In this document: in pieces, positions 51,448 through 63,705 of the stretch | How the letters are laid out: each line of letters opens with the position of its first letter | How positions within the stretch are numbered: the first letter of the stretch is position 1 | Assembly: GCF_018350175.1 (NCBI RefSeq) | Contig: NC_058383.1 | Coordinates: 25,918,001-25,982,000 of the forward strand | Length of the DNA stretch: 64,000 nt | Reading direction: 5' to 3' | Source: Felis catus | Lineage: Eukaryota | The notes under the pieces: model-generated | What the model was told of the DNA's origin: nothing | What the model saw: only the letters and a program-made list of their open reading frames with translations | Databases searched by the model: none | Program-made: the position numbers and the translations under genes

Positions 51448-51706
51448 GGGGCGACTGGGTGGCGCAGTCGGTTAAGCATCCGACTTCAGCCAGGTCATGA
51501 TCTCGCGGTCTGTGAGTTCGAGCCCTGCGTCGGGCTCTGGGCTGATGGCTCAGAGCCTGGAGCCTGTTTCCGATTCTGTGTCTCCCTCTCTCTCTGCCCC
51601 TCGCCCGTTCATGCTCTGTCTCTCTCTGTCCCAAAAATAAATAAACGTTGAAAAAAAAAATTAAAAAAAAAAATAATAATCAGATGGGTTTGGTTTAAAA
51701 AAAAAA
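51448..51706 (+). mobile_element. Young CAN-SINE with extra unique 3' segment
   Basis: Exact TSD aaaattgcagtctc at 51434-51447 and 51707-51720. Confidence 0.96.
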
Positions 51707-53338
51707 AAAATTGCAGTCTCCATCACCCCTCACCAACCTTCCTTCAATTCCCCTCACCTTGCTCTATTTTTTTGTTTTGTTTTCTCCAGAGAGCTGATCA
51801 TCATGTAACACATAATTGGGTTTACTTCTTTTGCAAATACCCTTTCACTGAACATAAGCCCACAAAGGTGAGGACTTTTGTCTCTTATTACTGACACATC
51901 CTTTGTACTCAGCAGAGCTCCTGGGCCGACGGGTCGTTGCCCAACCAGGCCATCTCTTCTTGTAGTCCAGTTAGCTCCCACTCCCCTTTCTTCTGCGAAC
52001 AGCATCACCTTTCTGCTTTTCGGTGCCCTGGGTAATCTGCATACTCATCCTGCAGATACCATGAATGACTCTGAAACTAACCTGTGAACAAACCAGGCCA
52101 AGGAAATGGAATTCTGGAACTTTTTGTTGAATGACGGGATGAAGCGCTTTCCTCATGCTGGGACTACTAGCAAAAGAACTGATACCACCTTGCAGAGTGA
52201 GAATGAAGTGAATCCTAGGCAAATTACTAGAAAATGCCAACACAACTGTTTGAGTTCCTGAATCCAGAAACCACCCCTGGGCTTTTCAGCATACGACAAT
52301 AATAAATAGCCCCCTATATAATAAATAACTAGTAGGAGTTAGATTCTCTATCATTTATTCCAGCCAATACATGTAGTCCTCGGTCTCCTGTGAAGACAAC
52401 GGGGATCTCTGCTTGATATTTTGTTTTCTGACACATTAGATCTTTCTATGGGTTACAGATGAGACTTGTTGCTTGGGAGTCCACGGGTCCCTCCTTGGTA
52501 AAACAGCCAATGTCTCTGTTCTGGTCCACAAGGGGTTCAGCTCTCAGAAGGCAATTCCATGTGCTAGCTCTCCCGGGGCACCTCACTGCTGAACATCAAA
52601 CATAGCCTTGAGAGCTGCATGGTTTGATGTCCTGGCCACTGACAACCACCGAGGAGCACAAAGGCCTCCTACTTCTCCAGAGGAGCTCCAGGTTATTCTC
52701 TTCAGTCTAGATCATTCTGCCTGAGGTGAGGAGCACAGGATGAGGGGCAGCCGTGATGCTATGGGAAAGCTCACAAGAGCTGCAGTAGTCATTTGGGCAG
52801 GAGAGCACTGTGGCTTGGACTAAGGTGACCATAGTGAAGACAGATAAAAATGGATGAACTCAAGAGGGACTCAGGATACTGAAGAACCTCATATTGGATG
52901 AGACATGGGGCACAGGTTAAAAGACTCTCAGATCTCCAGCTTGGGCAATGGGACAGAGGATGCTGCCATATTCCCCAGGAGAGAAACCCACTGGGAGTGC
53001 TGGGCAGAGAAGCCATGCTCAGTTCTGACAAAGGGAGTTCCAGACGCCATAATAGGGCAACAGACAGGAGCTGGTTCAGATAGGAAGTGTGCTTCCCAGT
53101 TCCCCCTGGCTTCACTCACTTGCTCTTCCAGCCTATCAGAAGGTTAGAAAACATGAAATTTAAGATTCTTTCAAAAATAGCATCCTTGTTAATGAGCAGA
53201 GGTGGGGAGTGGTCTGGTCTCCCTCATGGTCTACCCAACTACTTAAACCTCTAAAGAAATTAAAGTACTGCTACCATCCAGTCTTCCAACAAAACAGATG
53301 TCTTTTCTAGATCTAAGATGAACAGAACTAGAACTTAC

Positions 53339-53423
53339 CAAATGTGTCAAGTATGTCGGTGATAAGGACAAATTTGCTTGGGTAGAACTGAATAACGCTT
53401 GTGTCCGAAAGCAGCTTTGAACA
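53339..53423 (-). CDS. VPS35L: VPS35L coding exon (~exon 8), 85 nt
   Basis: tttag|TGT...TTT G|gtaagt; [28 protein letters not shown]. Confidence 0.97.
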
Positions 53424-54352
53424 CTAAAAAAAGAGAAGAGAAAAGGAAATTCACTCCATCGTGTCCTACTTGGTTGGAATGCTCCAGGACTGGAAAATTA
53501 ATTTCTATAAACAACTGCAGATGCTTACCATGTGCCAAGCCCCATGCTAGACACTGAAGATATAATGATAAACAAAACCACTGTCCTTTTGACAAAGGAG
53601 GCCAGACTCTGCTCTCTACAGAGCCTCTTATGGAAAGACACCGTCACTTCCCTCCAAGAAAGCCACAGGACTGAGGAATCTCATCCAGAAGGATCTTTGC
53701 TCATACAGCGAACTAGGGCCAGCATCAAAGTCACCAAGAGAAGTCAAGGACACCTCTCCCATCAGTGTCCTCACAGATGACTCCATCTTTGTTCCAACGG
53801 CTTTTCAGCACAGCCTCCTGTGGTTTATTTCACAATGGTCTTGATTCGTTAGCGTTCTCTTCTATGAAATGTTCCCATCAGTACATCTCCAGGGCTTCTA
53901 AAACTAGCATCTATTTTTTTTCCTTAATTGAAGTACAGTTGACACACAACGTACGTTAGTTTCAAGTGTACACTATGTAAAAACATTGTGCTAAGCTCAC
54001 TGAGAGTGTAGCCACCATCTGTCACCATAAAACAGTACCACTGACTACATTCCCTGTGCTGTACGTTTTATCCCCGTAACATCTATGATTTATCCTCACT
54101 TCCAAACTTCCCTCTAAAAGCAAAGATGACAAGCTTCAGAGAGCACATGTTTGTCTGCAACTGTGATACTCAACACGGGGAACATTCCGGCTTTGCAGGG
54201 AATCGCTCAGTCCCCGTGCGATATCACTCATACCAGAGGGCCATCGACACATACGGAACTCTTAATGGAAGACTGCAGCCACACAACGTGGCCCCAAGCA
54301 CCCCAGATTAAGTCATCTTTTATGATCAAAAGCAAAATATCTATTTCTTCTT

Positions 54353-54527
54353 GGGATAGTTGGGTGGCTCAGTTGGTAGGTGTCCGACTTTGGCTCAGGT
54401 CATGATCTCACAGTTCATGGGTTCGGGCCCTGCATTGGGCTCAGTGCCAGCAGTGTAGAGTCTGTTTAGGATTCTCTCTCTCTCCCTCCATGTCCTTTCC
54501 TCTCTCTTCCTCTCTCAAAAAACAAAA
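54353..54527 (+). mobile_element. CAN-SINE
   Basis: Diverged element, near-TSD ctatttcttctt. Confidence 0.9.
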
Positions 54528-54659
54528 ACCCACAACTATTTCTTCTTTGAAGAACTAAATGTAATGCCCTGAAATCTTTTCCAATTCACAAGTCCATGCA
54601 AACAACTAAACACTTGACCTTCAGATACAAATATGTCACTTAAAAACAAAAGATATTTG

Positions 54660-54852
54660 AAGTGCCTGGGTGGCTCAGTCGATTAAGTATCTGACTTTGA
54701 CTCAGATCATGATCTCGCAGTTCATGAGTTTGTGAACTCAGACTCTGTGCCGACAGTTTGGAGCCTGAAGCCTGCTCCAGATTCTCTGTCTCCCTCTCTT
54801 TCTGCCCCTCTCTTGCTCGCGCTGTATCTCTCTCTCAAAATAAATAAAGAAA
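54660..54852 (+). mobile_element. CAN-SINE
   Basis: Full element. Confidence 0.92.
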
Positions 54853-55089
54853 CATTATAAAGAAAAGACACTTGACATTTGGAATGAGTCCTTTAATATG
54901 CATTTCTGACGTGCAGAGAATGGAAATAATGTGCAACCTATCAAAAGGTAGGCTGGCATGGGTTTTCAGGTTGGCGTGGTCACCCAATTTCTAAATTGTT
55001 AAATTCACCAAATTTCTCCACAGCATTTGAGCCTAAAAATAAACACAGTGTCTAATGTGCAAAACAACCTCTTACAGCCCAAGTATTAT

Positions 55090-55111
55090 GGGGGGGGGGG
55101 GGGGGGGGGGG
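55090..55111. repeat. G22 homopolymer
   Basis: Direct reading. Confidence 0.95.
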
Positions 55112-55600
55112 AGGGGCAGGAGGGCAGAAGGGTGAGGGGAATGTAAGGCGTTAAAACAATGGTGTTGACACCAAATGTGGCATTTGGATGTTCATAGAAA
55201 TCCACTTCCTGAGGCCTCACTTGCTGTTCGTCTTCCGCCCTTCAGGAAAGCTCCAGCTTAAACAACAGCCCCGTGAGATTTCAGGGCTTGCTTGGAAAAA
55301 GCAAACAACTCTGAATCCTAGAGACTGTTTATGATACACAGCCCTTGGTTCCTACGGGTATGACATCTCCAGAGTTCCCACCCAGGGCTCCTCAGAGAGG
55401 AGTTGCGCCCAGCAGTGAGGTGAGAAGACACGATTCAAACAGAAGATTTCAAACTAAACACAGCTGGCACTTCCCAACATCTGTGTGTGTGGAGTGCTCT
55501 CCCAGGCTGGTATCACAGAACAGACATTTTCCACAAGGGAACAGGAAGCAGAATTTCTTCAATCCACAGTTCAAGTCATAATGATGTCATAAATTGAAGT

Positions 55601-55621
55601 CCCCCCCCCCCCCCCCCCCCC
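55601..55621. repeat. C21 homopolymer
   Basis: Direct reading. Confidence 0.95.
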
Positions 55622-55884
55622 GCCTTTAAATCACTATTTTGAAGACTCCAGTTTTTTTAAAGCTTTGGTGCAGTTTCCTAAATAAAAATGAGGCAGCCCA
55701 AGGTGTTAAAAATACAGAGTCCCTGATCCATGTGAAACCTACTGGTCAAAACCTCCAGCTGAGGTGCCAGCTCATCGGCATTTTTGACAAAGGCTCCAGG
55801 TGACCGTTGCCGCGGAACCCAAAACGTACTGGGTGCATGAGATCCATAATCAGCAGCTAACTCTGCTAACTAAGCATTCTACAG

Positions 55885-56050
55885 CCTGTATGGTCTCAGC
55901 TTTGGAATCATCTGGGAGCTTTTAAAAATAATGGCACCTGGGTCCCAATCCCAGAGATTCTAATTAAGCTGGTCTGGGGGGCAGCTCAGACTCAGGACCT
56001 TTCTGAAGCCCCCAAGCGATTCTGACGTGCAGCTGAGGTAGAGAACCACC
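55885..56050. mobile_element. MER5A-like hAT element
   Basis: tggtctcagctttggaatcatctgggagctttt...gattctgacgtgcagctgaggtagagaacc. Confidence 0.75.
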
Positions 56051-56228
56051 GAGGCAGACATTTCCTGAACAACTGACTGATAAATTACTCTGCCTGAAAT
56101 ACTTGCTATGGAACTTATCAGCACTGCTGGAAAAGTACTAAAATGGTGTTTTTCATTTGTTTCCAATTAGTAACATTCTATAAGGCCAATAGCAGTTTCT
56201 AGAATTCAGTTAGGAATTAGGCATATAA

Positions 56229-56230
<2 letters not shown>

Positions 56231-56284
<54 letters not shown>
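56231..56284. repeat. (AC)27 microsatellite
   Basis: Direct reading. Confidence 0.97.
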
Positions 56285-56286
<2 letters not shown>

Positions 56287-57359
56287 AAATAACCAAAAAC
56301 AAAAGGATAAAGATAACCGATAGCCAAATACTAAGAAAGGAAGACAGATCAAAGGAAGCAAGCAAACAGACTAATCAATCAGAGGACAATTACCACTGAG
56401 AATACGTGGGGAAAAAATCCAAACAATATAATGGAAAAATGAACAAGAGGAATCAATGAAAGCTACTTTCCAGGGAAGGAAACCCACATGGCCGATAAAC
56501 AAGTAAAAAGATGCCTGATCTTATTATAATCAGGGAATTGCAAATTAAAACCACAATACAATGATTTTATTATCTCTTAAATTGGAAAAATTAAAATAGA
56601 AAGTCTGCTCACACCAAGTGTTGGTAGGATGCTCAACAACACAGACTCCCACAATCCCACCGCTGCTACCAGTGCGTGCTGGCACAGCTATGCTGGAAAG
56701 TAACTCAGCGTTGTCTGATAAAGCTGAAGAGGCACACACACCCCACACCCACTCTCAGGTAAGGGCCCTCATCCCCAGAGAGGCCAGCAGGCATGTCCAA
56801 GAGTGATCACAGCAGCATCGTTCATAACAACGAGAAAAGGGAAAAACCAGATACCCACCAACAGAAAGAGTGATACATATTTTATGCATCAGTGGACTCA
56901 TTACTGTTAGGTTGGCAAATCTCTCTCATCTACAAGGTCAACACAATCCCTACCAAAATCCCACAAGGTCTTTTTTTTGGGGGGGCGGGGGGAGGGTGGA
57001 TAGAAATTGACAGGTTGATCCTCTAAATCACATGGAAATACAAAGGACCCAGGATAGCCAAAACACATTTTTGGGAAAAAAAAAAAAAAAGAAGAAGAAG
57101 AACCAATGTAAAAGACTTACACTGACCAGTTTCAAAAATTACCACAAAGCTACAGTAATCGAGACAGTGTGGTAATGGCATAAGGAGAGACTTACACAGA
57201 TTTAAGGAATTAATTCAAGAACCCAGAAATAAACCCTTGCATTTACAGTCAGGTGACTTTTGATAAAGATGCCAAAATAATTCAATAGGGAAAAGACAGC
57301 CTTTTCAACAAATGTTGGCGAGAAAACCAGACATCTGCATGCAAAACAAATGAATCTAA

Positions 57360-57587
57360 GGGAGCCTGGGTGGCTCAGTCAGCGGAGCGTCAGCCTTGAT
57401 CATGCCGCTTAGCTCATTAGCTCAGGTCATGATCTCACGGTTCATGAGTTCAAGCCCCACGTTGGGCTTTGCACTGACAGAGTGGAGCCTGCTTTGAATT
57501 CTCTGTCCTCCCGCCTCTCTCTCTGCCCCTCCTCCACTCACTCCCCCTCTCCAAAAAGAAACACTAAAATAAAAATAAAAAAAAAAA
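57360..57587 (+). mobile_element. CAN-SINE inside L1
   Basis: Head with small internal insertion, CT tract, tail. Confidence 0.92.
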
Positions 57588-58387
57588 GTCTAGACCTTTA
57601 TACTACACACAAAAATCACTTCAATATGGGCCATAAACTTAGATGTAGGGGCTAAAACTATGAAGCTTCTAGAACAAAACATAGGAAAAAATTCTCACCA
57701 CCTTGATTTAGACCAAGAGTTATTAGCTATTTACTCCAAAAGCATGAGTCAAAAGAGAGACTATTGATAAATTTGATTTTGTTAAAATTATAAACTCCTC
57801 CCCTTCAAAAGACACCAGTTTGAAAATGAAGACAGGCCACAGACCAGGAGACACTTGATAAGGAACTTGTATCAAGGATACATAAAGAATTGTTACAACT
57901 CAACTAGAACATAACCTGATTTTTAAAATAGGCCAGTCTTATTAAGTACATTTTTCACTAACAGAGAGAAAAATGGCCAATGGGCATAGGAAAAGAGGCT
58001 TAACATCATCAGTCCACAGGGATTTCAAATTAATGCCACAAATGAGATATCACTTTAGACCCAATGGGGGGGCTACAATCAAAATAACAGTAACACGGGT
58101 GCTGGACAAGATATAGAGGACCTGGAACCCACACACCAAGCTGGTGGGGATGCAAACAGAACAGCCGTTTGGAAAGCAGGTTGGCCATTTCTCAAAAAGT
58201 TAAACATACCCTTATCATAGGACTCAGCAATTCTACCCCTAGGAATCTACTCAAGAGAGATCAAAGCATAGGTCCACGCAAAGACTTCTATGCAAATGTT
58301 CACAGTAGCGTCATTCATAATAGCCAGAGTAGAAATGACCTGTGTCCATCAACTTGTTAATGGTTAAGTAAAAATGTGGTCATTCAA

Positions 58388-58628
58388 GGGGCTCCTGGGT
58401 GGCTCAGTCAGTTGAGCGTCCGACTTCGGCTCAGGTCATGATCTCACGCTTTGTGGATTCGAGCCCCATGTCGGGCTCTGTGCTGACAACTCAGAGCTTG
58501 GAGCCTGCTTCAAATTCTGTGTCTCCCTCTCTCTCTGCCTTTCCCCTGCTCACACTCTGTCTCTGTGTCTCCCCAAAATAAATAAATGTTAAAAGAAAAA
58601 ATTAAAAAAAAACAAAAACAAAAAAAAA
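58388..58628 (+). mobile_element. CAN-SINE inside L1
   Basis: Near-TSD gtggtcat(t/c)ca. Confidence 0.95.
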
Positions 58629-60267
58629 CCGTGGTCATCCATACAATGGACTACTACTTAGCAACAAAAAGGTACAGGGTATCAATACAACAGCACGGAC
58701 AAACCTCAAAAAACATTATGCTAAGTGGAAGAATCCAGAGGCGAAAATTTACACAAAGAATGATCCTGATACATGAAAGGTCTCCAAAAGGCAGATTTAT
58801 AGTCAGAAAGCAGACCAGTAGTTTTCTGGGGCTGGAAGTGACAGGGTCTGAGTGCAAACAGGCTTGAGAGAATTTGGGGGAGGGGGTATAAAAATGCTCT
58901 AAAACTGAGTTGTGTAAATAGCTAAGTAACTGTTACTAAAACTCACTGAACTATATTCCAGTAAGACTACCACACAACACAATACTTTACTGCAGAGCAA
59001 ATAAGGTGAACTGGGCTCATTTCTCTCTACCTGCCCCTTGACTCTCTTTTTTGGTTAAAAAAGTACTCGTTAAAGTATTCAAAGTAAAAGAGTTACTATT
59101 AACCAGATGTGGAGTTAATGAAACACTTTCATGGTTATTTTCTTTGAGAAGACATGAATTAAATCTTCTCCAGATGTCAAACTCTTGGAAGTCAAGTTCT
59201 CTATACTCCAGTCCTCTTGGGGAGATGAGGCCAATGAAAATATTTTGAAGAAGCGCTTATTAGTTTAGATATTTTCTTACTTGAGCCACTCAGCAAGCAA
59301 CCCCCATCATGTGCATCCAGGATGAGAGGACTCTTCTTTGGGAGTATTTACTTTGTAAACTCACAACAGTGACTGCAGGGAAACGAGCCCAGGTTTGCCG
59401 GTCTTGAAACGCACACACACACAAAACCACCTGCCACACAAAGTGTCATCTTTAAAGATTTCAAGCACTCAGTGTAAAGACTCCAGAGGAGAAAACAAAG
59501 GTCACATAGCCAAGATATGTTTTTTCCTTTTCTCTTTTTTTTTTTTTATATTGCCATGATGTTGACCAAGAACAGGATTATCCTTTTGAACTAAAATGGC
59601 TGTTCAGAAATTCTTTGTGAACTCTGCTCTGAAACATAATGCACACATTAGTCCTTTTACAGTGTATTTCTCGGCATGTCTTGCCACGACAAGATGATCT
59701 GAAGGGTCAAGAAACAGAATAAGCTATTTTCCTTACAGAATTTGATCTTGTGATCCAAGAGTTGTCACGAATCAAAAAATTCATCAACAAAGGGTTCAAC
59801 AAATGTACGTCTCCTAACACTGTGAACATGTTTTGTCACGTGATTATGTAGAATGAGCCAGAAATGCATGTATCAGCGACACACAACCATTAATCCCAAA
59901 GATACAAAGGAAATTTGATCAAGGAAACCCAAGATAGTTGGTCAATCTTTAGTCTGTACAAATTGTGATTTGTGTCAGATGTACCAAGGCCACTGAACTG
60001 CACAATCCAGAGGCAATCATTAATTCTGTAATCCAAGCTGAATGTCCTGGAATGGTGCACTATACAACCCGTGCAGCTGTACATGGTGGCCCTCAATAAA
60101 ACATTCATAATCATGGCCTTTCACGGTAAGTATGTGAAAATGGAACAGGTTAAAAAAAGTAGGGTAAGACCCTGAAGGCAGGCCTCTGAAAAACCCTAAT
60201 TACCTACAAAAGAAGTTTTACATAGGAAATTCTGGGGGAAAAGAAAAAAAAAATCACTAGACCTGAC

Positions 60268-60396
60268 CTGGATGACTATTTTTAGAGCCTTCACTTTCTG
60301 GTCCGAGGCCCATGCGTCCTTCAGAGACTGGTTGAGCTCCTCAATGCGGTTCACATAATCCTGTTGAGTCAAGTTCAACAGTTCTTTCTGGGATCC
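60268..60396 (-). CDS. VPS35L: VPS35L coding exon (~exon 7), 129 nt
   Basis: acag|GGA...CAG|gtcagg; [43 protein letters not shown]. Confidence 0.97.
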
Positions 60397-61258
60397 CTGT
60401 GGGCAGAAAGTAGGAAGGTGTCGACACAAAAGGAAAAACATTATTTGGTCACCAACCCCATGAATAATACTGAGTATTGACTGAGCTTCAGTATCTAAGT
60501 TTTCCTCACAACCCCCCCAGGACTGATAGTATTGTCCTGTGACGGAAGAGGTCCTCTGAGTTTTCTGCAAAGACGGACAGAGTGCAGGCAATGAGTTGGG
60601 CCTTGGAGCAAGTCAGACCTAAGTCAACCCCCTTGTTCACCCACTCACTGGCCATGTGATTCTGGGTGAGCAGCTCTCCTCCCAGAGCCTCATCTATACC
60701 AGGACAACAGGATCCACCACCTTATTTAATACTCATTGGGACCTACCGTGGACCGGGCACGGGCCACCATATGCTCGAGATACAAAGGTGAGCAAAAAGA
60801 CATTATTTCCATGCTAACAGTTTAATGTACAAAGGATGAGATGGGTATTAATGAAAACTGAGGTAAAGGCTCCAGAGGAAACAATTCTATGCAGACCTAT
60901 AGCATAGTTCACTGAATCTGAGGTGCCAATTATAAGAAGCACAATTCTTGGTGTACCACCAAGGAAGAAAAAAATACCCGTCACGGACATGCATCAATAA
61001 GAAACACAGCTCAATTTCAAGGATAGTCAAATGTGGGGGAAAGGCTTTCTCTCAGAAAGGAAGAAATATGGTAACAAAGGAATGGCCTCTAGACAGATGG
61101 TCAAGAATGGTTTCCTGGAGGAAGTGATACTTGGGACAAATGCTCCATGGTGTGCGGGTGTTATCGGACAACGTGGAAAGTGGAGGGCAGGAGCTTTACC
61201 TAGACCAGGGAGAGTGCCTTCAGGGCAGAAAGGAGACCATATCAAAAAGCTGTGGTGA

Positions 61259-61494
61259 GGTCACCTGGGTACCTCAGTCAATCAGCTGAATGTCTAACTC
61301 TTGATTTTGACTCAGGTCATGATACCAGGGTCGTGGGATCAAGCCCCTCATCAGGTTCTGTGCTGACATGGTGGAGCCTGCTTGGATTGTCTCCCCCTCT
61401 CTCTGTGCTCCTCCCCAAGTTGTGCACCCACACATTAAATAAGCATTAAAAAAAAAAAATACTGGCATTCATTAAAAAAAAAAAAAAAAAAAAA
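61259..61494 (+). mobile_element. CAN-SINE with bipartite A tail
   Basis: Diverged body, two A tracts. Confidence 0.9.
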
Positions 61495-61799
61495 GCTCTG
61501 GCAGAAGAAAGGTAGACCATCCCAAGGATGAATTAAAAATAAACTTAACACAGCCTTTGGCACGTGGTACCTGCTCATTAATCCTCGGCTACTGTTAAGA
61601 TGCTATTTACAAAGTTCACAGGAGTGAGGGTCATGCTAACCCACATGAGACCAGGAACCAAATCTCTTTTCTATCAATCTTCCCTGGAATCCCAAGAACT
61701 CTTTACTAAGGAAATACATGTAGGATGTTCAGGAAATTTGGACTGATCCCAACTGGTCACTTGAACTACGAGACAGGGTCCTCCTTATCCCTCGGCAGT

Positions 61800-62350
61800 A
61801 AGAGGAGCCCCGTGACTAACTTGGGCGAATGGGCCATGAGCACAGCTGCCTGTGTCCCTTCTGGGCTGAGGCAGTGCAAAGTGACCCCTTTTCAGCTCCT
61901 ACTGTGATGAACCTGGGAACCATCTGTTGAGATCGCAGCATTACATGATGATGGCGAGTCTGTTGCCTTCACAGGATGAGTAATGTGAGGAAGAAATAAA
62001 CTTGTGTTACATTAGGCCACTGAGATATGGAGGTTCACTTGTTACTGCAGTATCACCTAGCCTTGCCCTGACTAATACACCATGTTTGCTTGGAAGCCAT
62101 GGGGCAGCCATCTGCTGCTATGAGCATGGAGAAGCAAGAAAATCCATCTGCAGGGGGAAAAATAAGATAGAGAACCAGAGAGGTAGTGACAAGAGGCTCC
62201 GCGGAAAAGAGGGAGGCAGAGGACAGTTGGTAGCCGTCTGGGCGATTCTTTAGCTCTTGGTTCCAGGCTGCTGTGCCCTTGGGTTCAGGGTAGTGCCCCC
62301 GTATCCTGCAACAGAGTCCCCATTTGCAACTTAAGCCAGCTCAAGTGACA
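61800..62350 (+). mobile_element. MLT1 LTR fragments
   Basis: aagaaataaacttgtgttacattaggccactgagat...ttgttactgcag. Confidence 0.65.
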
Positions 62351-62829
62351 TTCAGATGGAAGAGCTTTGGTGAAAATGCTCAGCAAGTCCATTCGTACCA
62401 GCCAAGGTTGGCTGAGGATATGCAGACCAAGGCTCCCTGTCGCCCTAATTCAAAACGTGTCCTTTCCGAACTGAGGAATAGATGTGGACTAATAGACTTT
62501 GCGGGGCACCGAACTCTGGTCTCAGAGCCAGAAGGTCCCTGAACCAAGGGCCAAGAGGCAGGACACCGCGATGGCAACTGCCATCACACGGCCCTCTGAG
62601 GATTTCAAAACATCAGCACTGGGTCCACACACCTATGTTCTTTATCCCCATGTTACAGTCAGGGAAGCGGATATAGGAAGGGGGAACGCCCAAGGGCACT
62701 CTACTAATAAGCAATTGAGCTACAGCCTCTAGACTCAGGTTGAGCTGGTGAGGACACCAAGTAACTCGTGCAGAGCACATCCCACAGGTGCTGGCTGTTG
62801 GGTCTAGGCACTTCAGATACATTAAGTTA

Positions 62830-63005
62830 CAACTCTAAGAAGCAGGTACCATGCAGCATCCTCATTCTACAGATAAGTAAACTCAGGCACAGAGCTGGTA
62901 AGCACCTTGCCCCAAATCACAGAACTGCCACATGGTAGAGCTGAGATTCAAACTCAGGCAGTCTGGCTCCAGAGTCTGTCTTACTCGCAATGTTATGCTG
63001 CCTCT
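62830..63005. mobile_element. MIR
   Basis: cctcattctacagataagtaaactcaggcacagag. Confidence 0.8.
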
Positions 63006-63631
63006 CTAAACGCCATCCCAGAAGACGCAAACCCACCTGCCTCCGGGGGCCAGGCCAGTAGTGTTTATGAGTCAATCGGGAAAGGGAGGACTGTGTACCC
63101 TGGATGGCGCGTGCCCTGGTTAACTGCAGGAAGGTGGACTCACAATTATCAGGTGGAATTAAAAACAAAAAAAAATCTGACTTATATGTGAAACTTACCC
63201 ATTTTTAAGAGTTGGCAAGTGAGTCATGTTTTTTAAAAGCGTATTTTTTGAATGAGTCCTGGGGGCCACAGCAAGCCAGCAGAGCAGCGGTATGCAGCTT
63301 CTGCACAAGGTAGGACCCTTATCTATGCAAGGCGGCTTCCCTAGGAGATGGCTCCCGCTGCATTTTATGTCAAATCCCGTCCCCCCACACGATCTGGGTT
63401 TGCTCAGGCATCACAGTGAGAAGACGCCTTCAGAAAACCAGCCCACGGCAACTCCTGTGAGCTCGGCCAACTGCACGGCTGGCACCTTTCCCTGATCAGC
63501 TGGTGCCTCAGGAGGAATGAGCACAATGTGCGGCTTGGGAATTAATCAAAGAGCAGCCACCAAGACGAACCTCACTTGGAAGAAGGAACGAAAGCATGAT
63601 CCTCCCTGTGCTCAGCAAATGACTTGCTCAC

Positions 63632-63705
63632 CTCCTCAAAGTCATCCAGCTCCTCCAGCCTGGTCCGAACCTTCTCCGACATGGCGGACGTGGCAGTCGC
63701 TTTGC
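63632..63705 (-). CDS. VPS35L: VPS35L coding exon (~exon 6), 74 nt
   Basis: tttag|GC AAA...GAG GAG|gtgagc; (G)KATATSAMSEKVRTRLEELDDFEE. Confidence 0.95.

Larger units (their letters stand above)
56400..58960 (+). mobile_element. Old L1 (L1M-type) ORF2 3' end and 3' UTR, decayed, antisense to VPS35L; probably two fragments
   Basis: ORF2-like motifs (aaagctacagtaatcgagacagtgtggtaatggcataagg; acccagaaataaaccct; ccttttcaacaaatg) with many stops and frameshifts. Confidence 0.9.
1293..63705 (-). other. VPS35L: VPS35L gene body (partial; 21 internal coding exons, both ends outside window)
   Basis: Exons splice in frame to 1785 nt without stops; peptide GKATATSAMSEKVRTRLEELDDFEE...ALANQCLSQ matches the VPS35L/C16orf62 protein as I recall it. 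Confidence 0.97.

Noticed and set aside
3918..58581. Recurrent ORFs with GAWVAQSVKxxTSAQV / RERERE motifs that look like a protein family
   Set aside because: They are translations of CAN-SINE bodies and their CT/GA tracts, not genes
56400..58960. Possible active L1 ORF2
   Set aside because: 5'-truncated, many stops, interrupted by two SINEs
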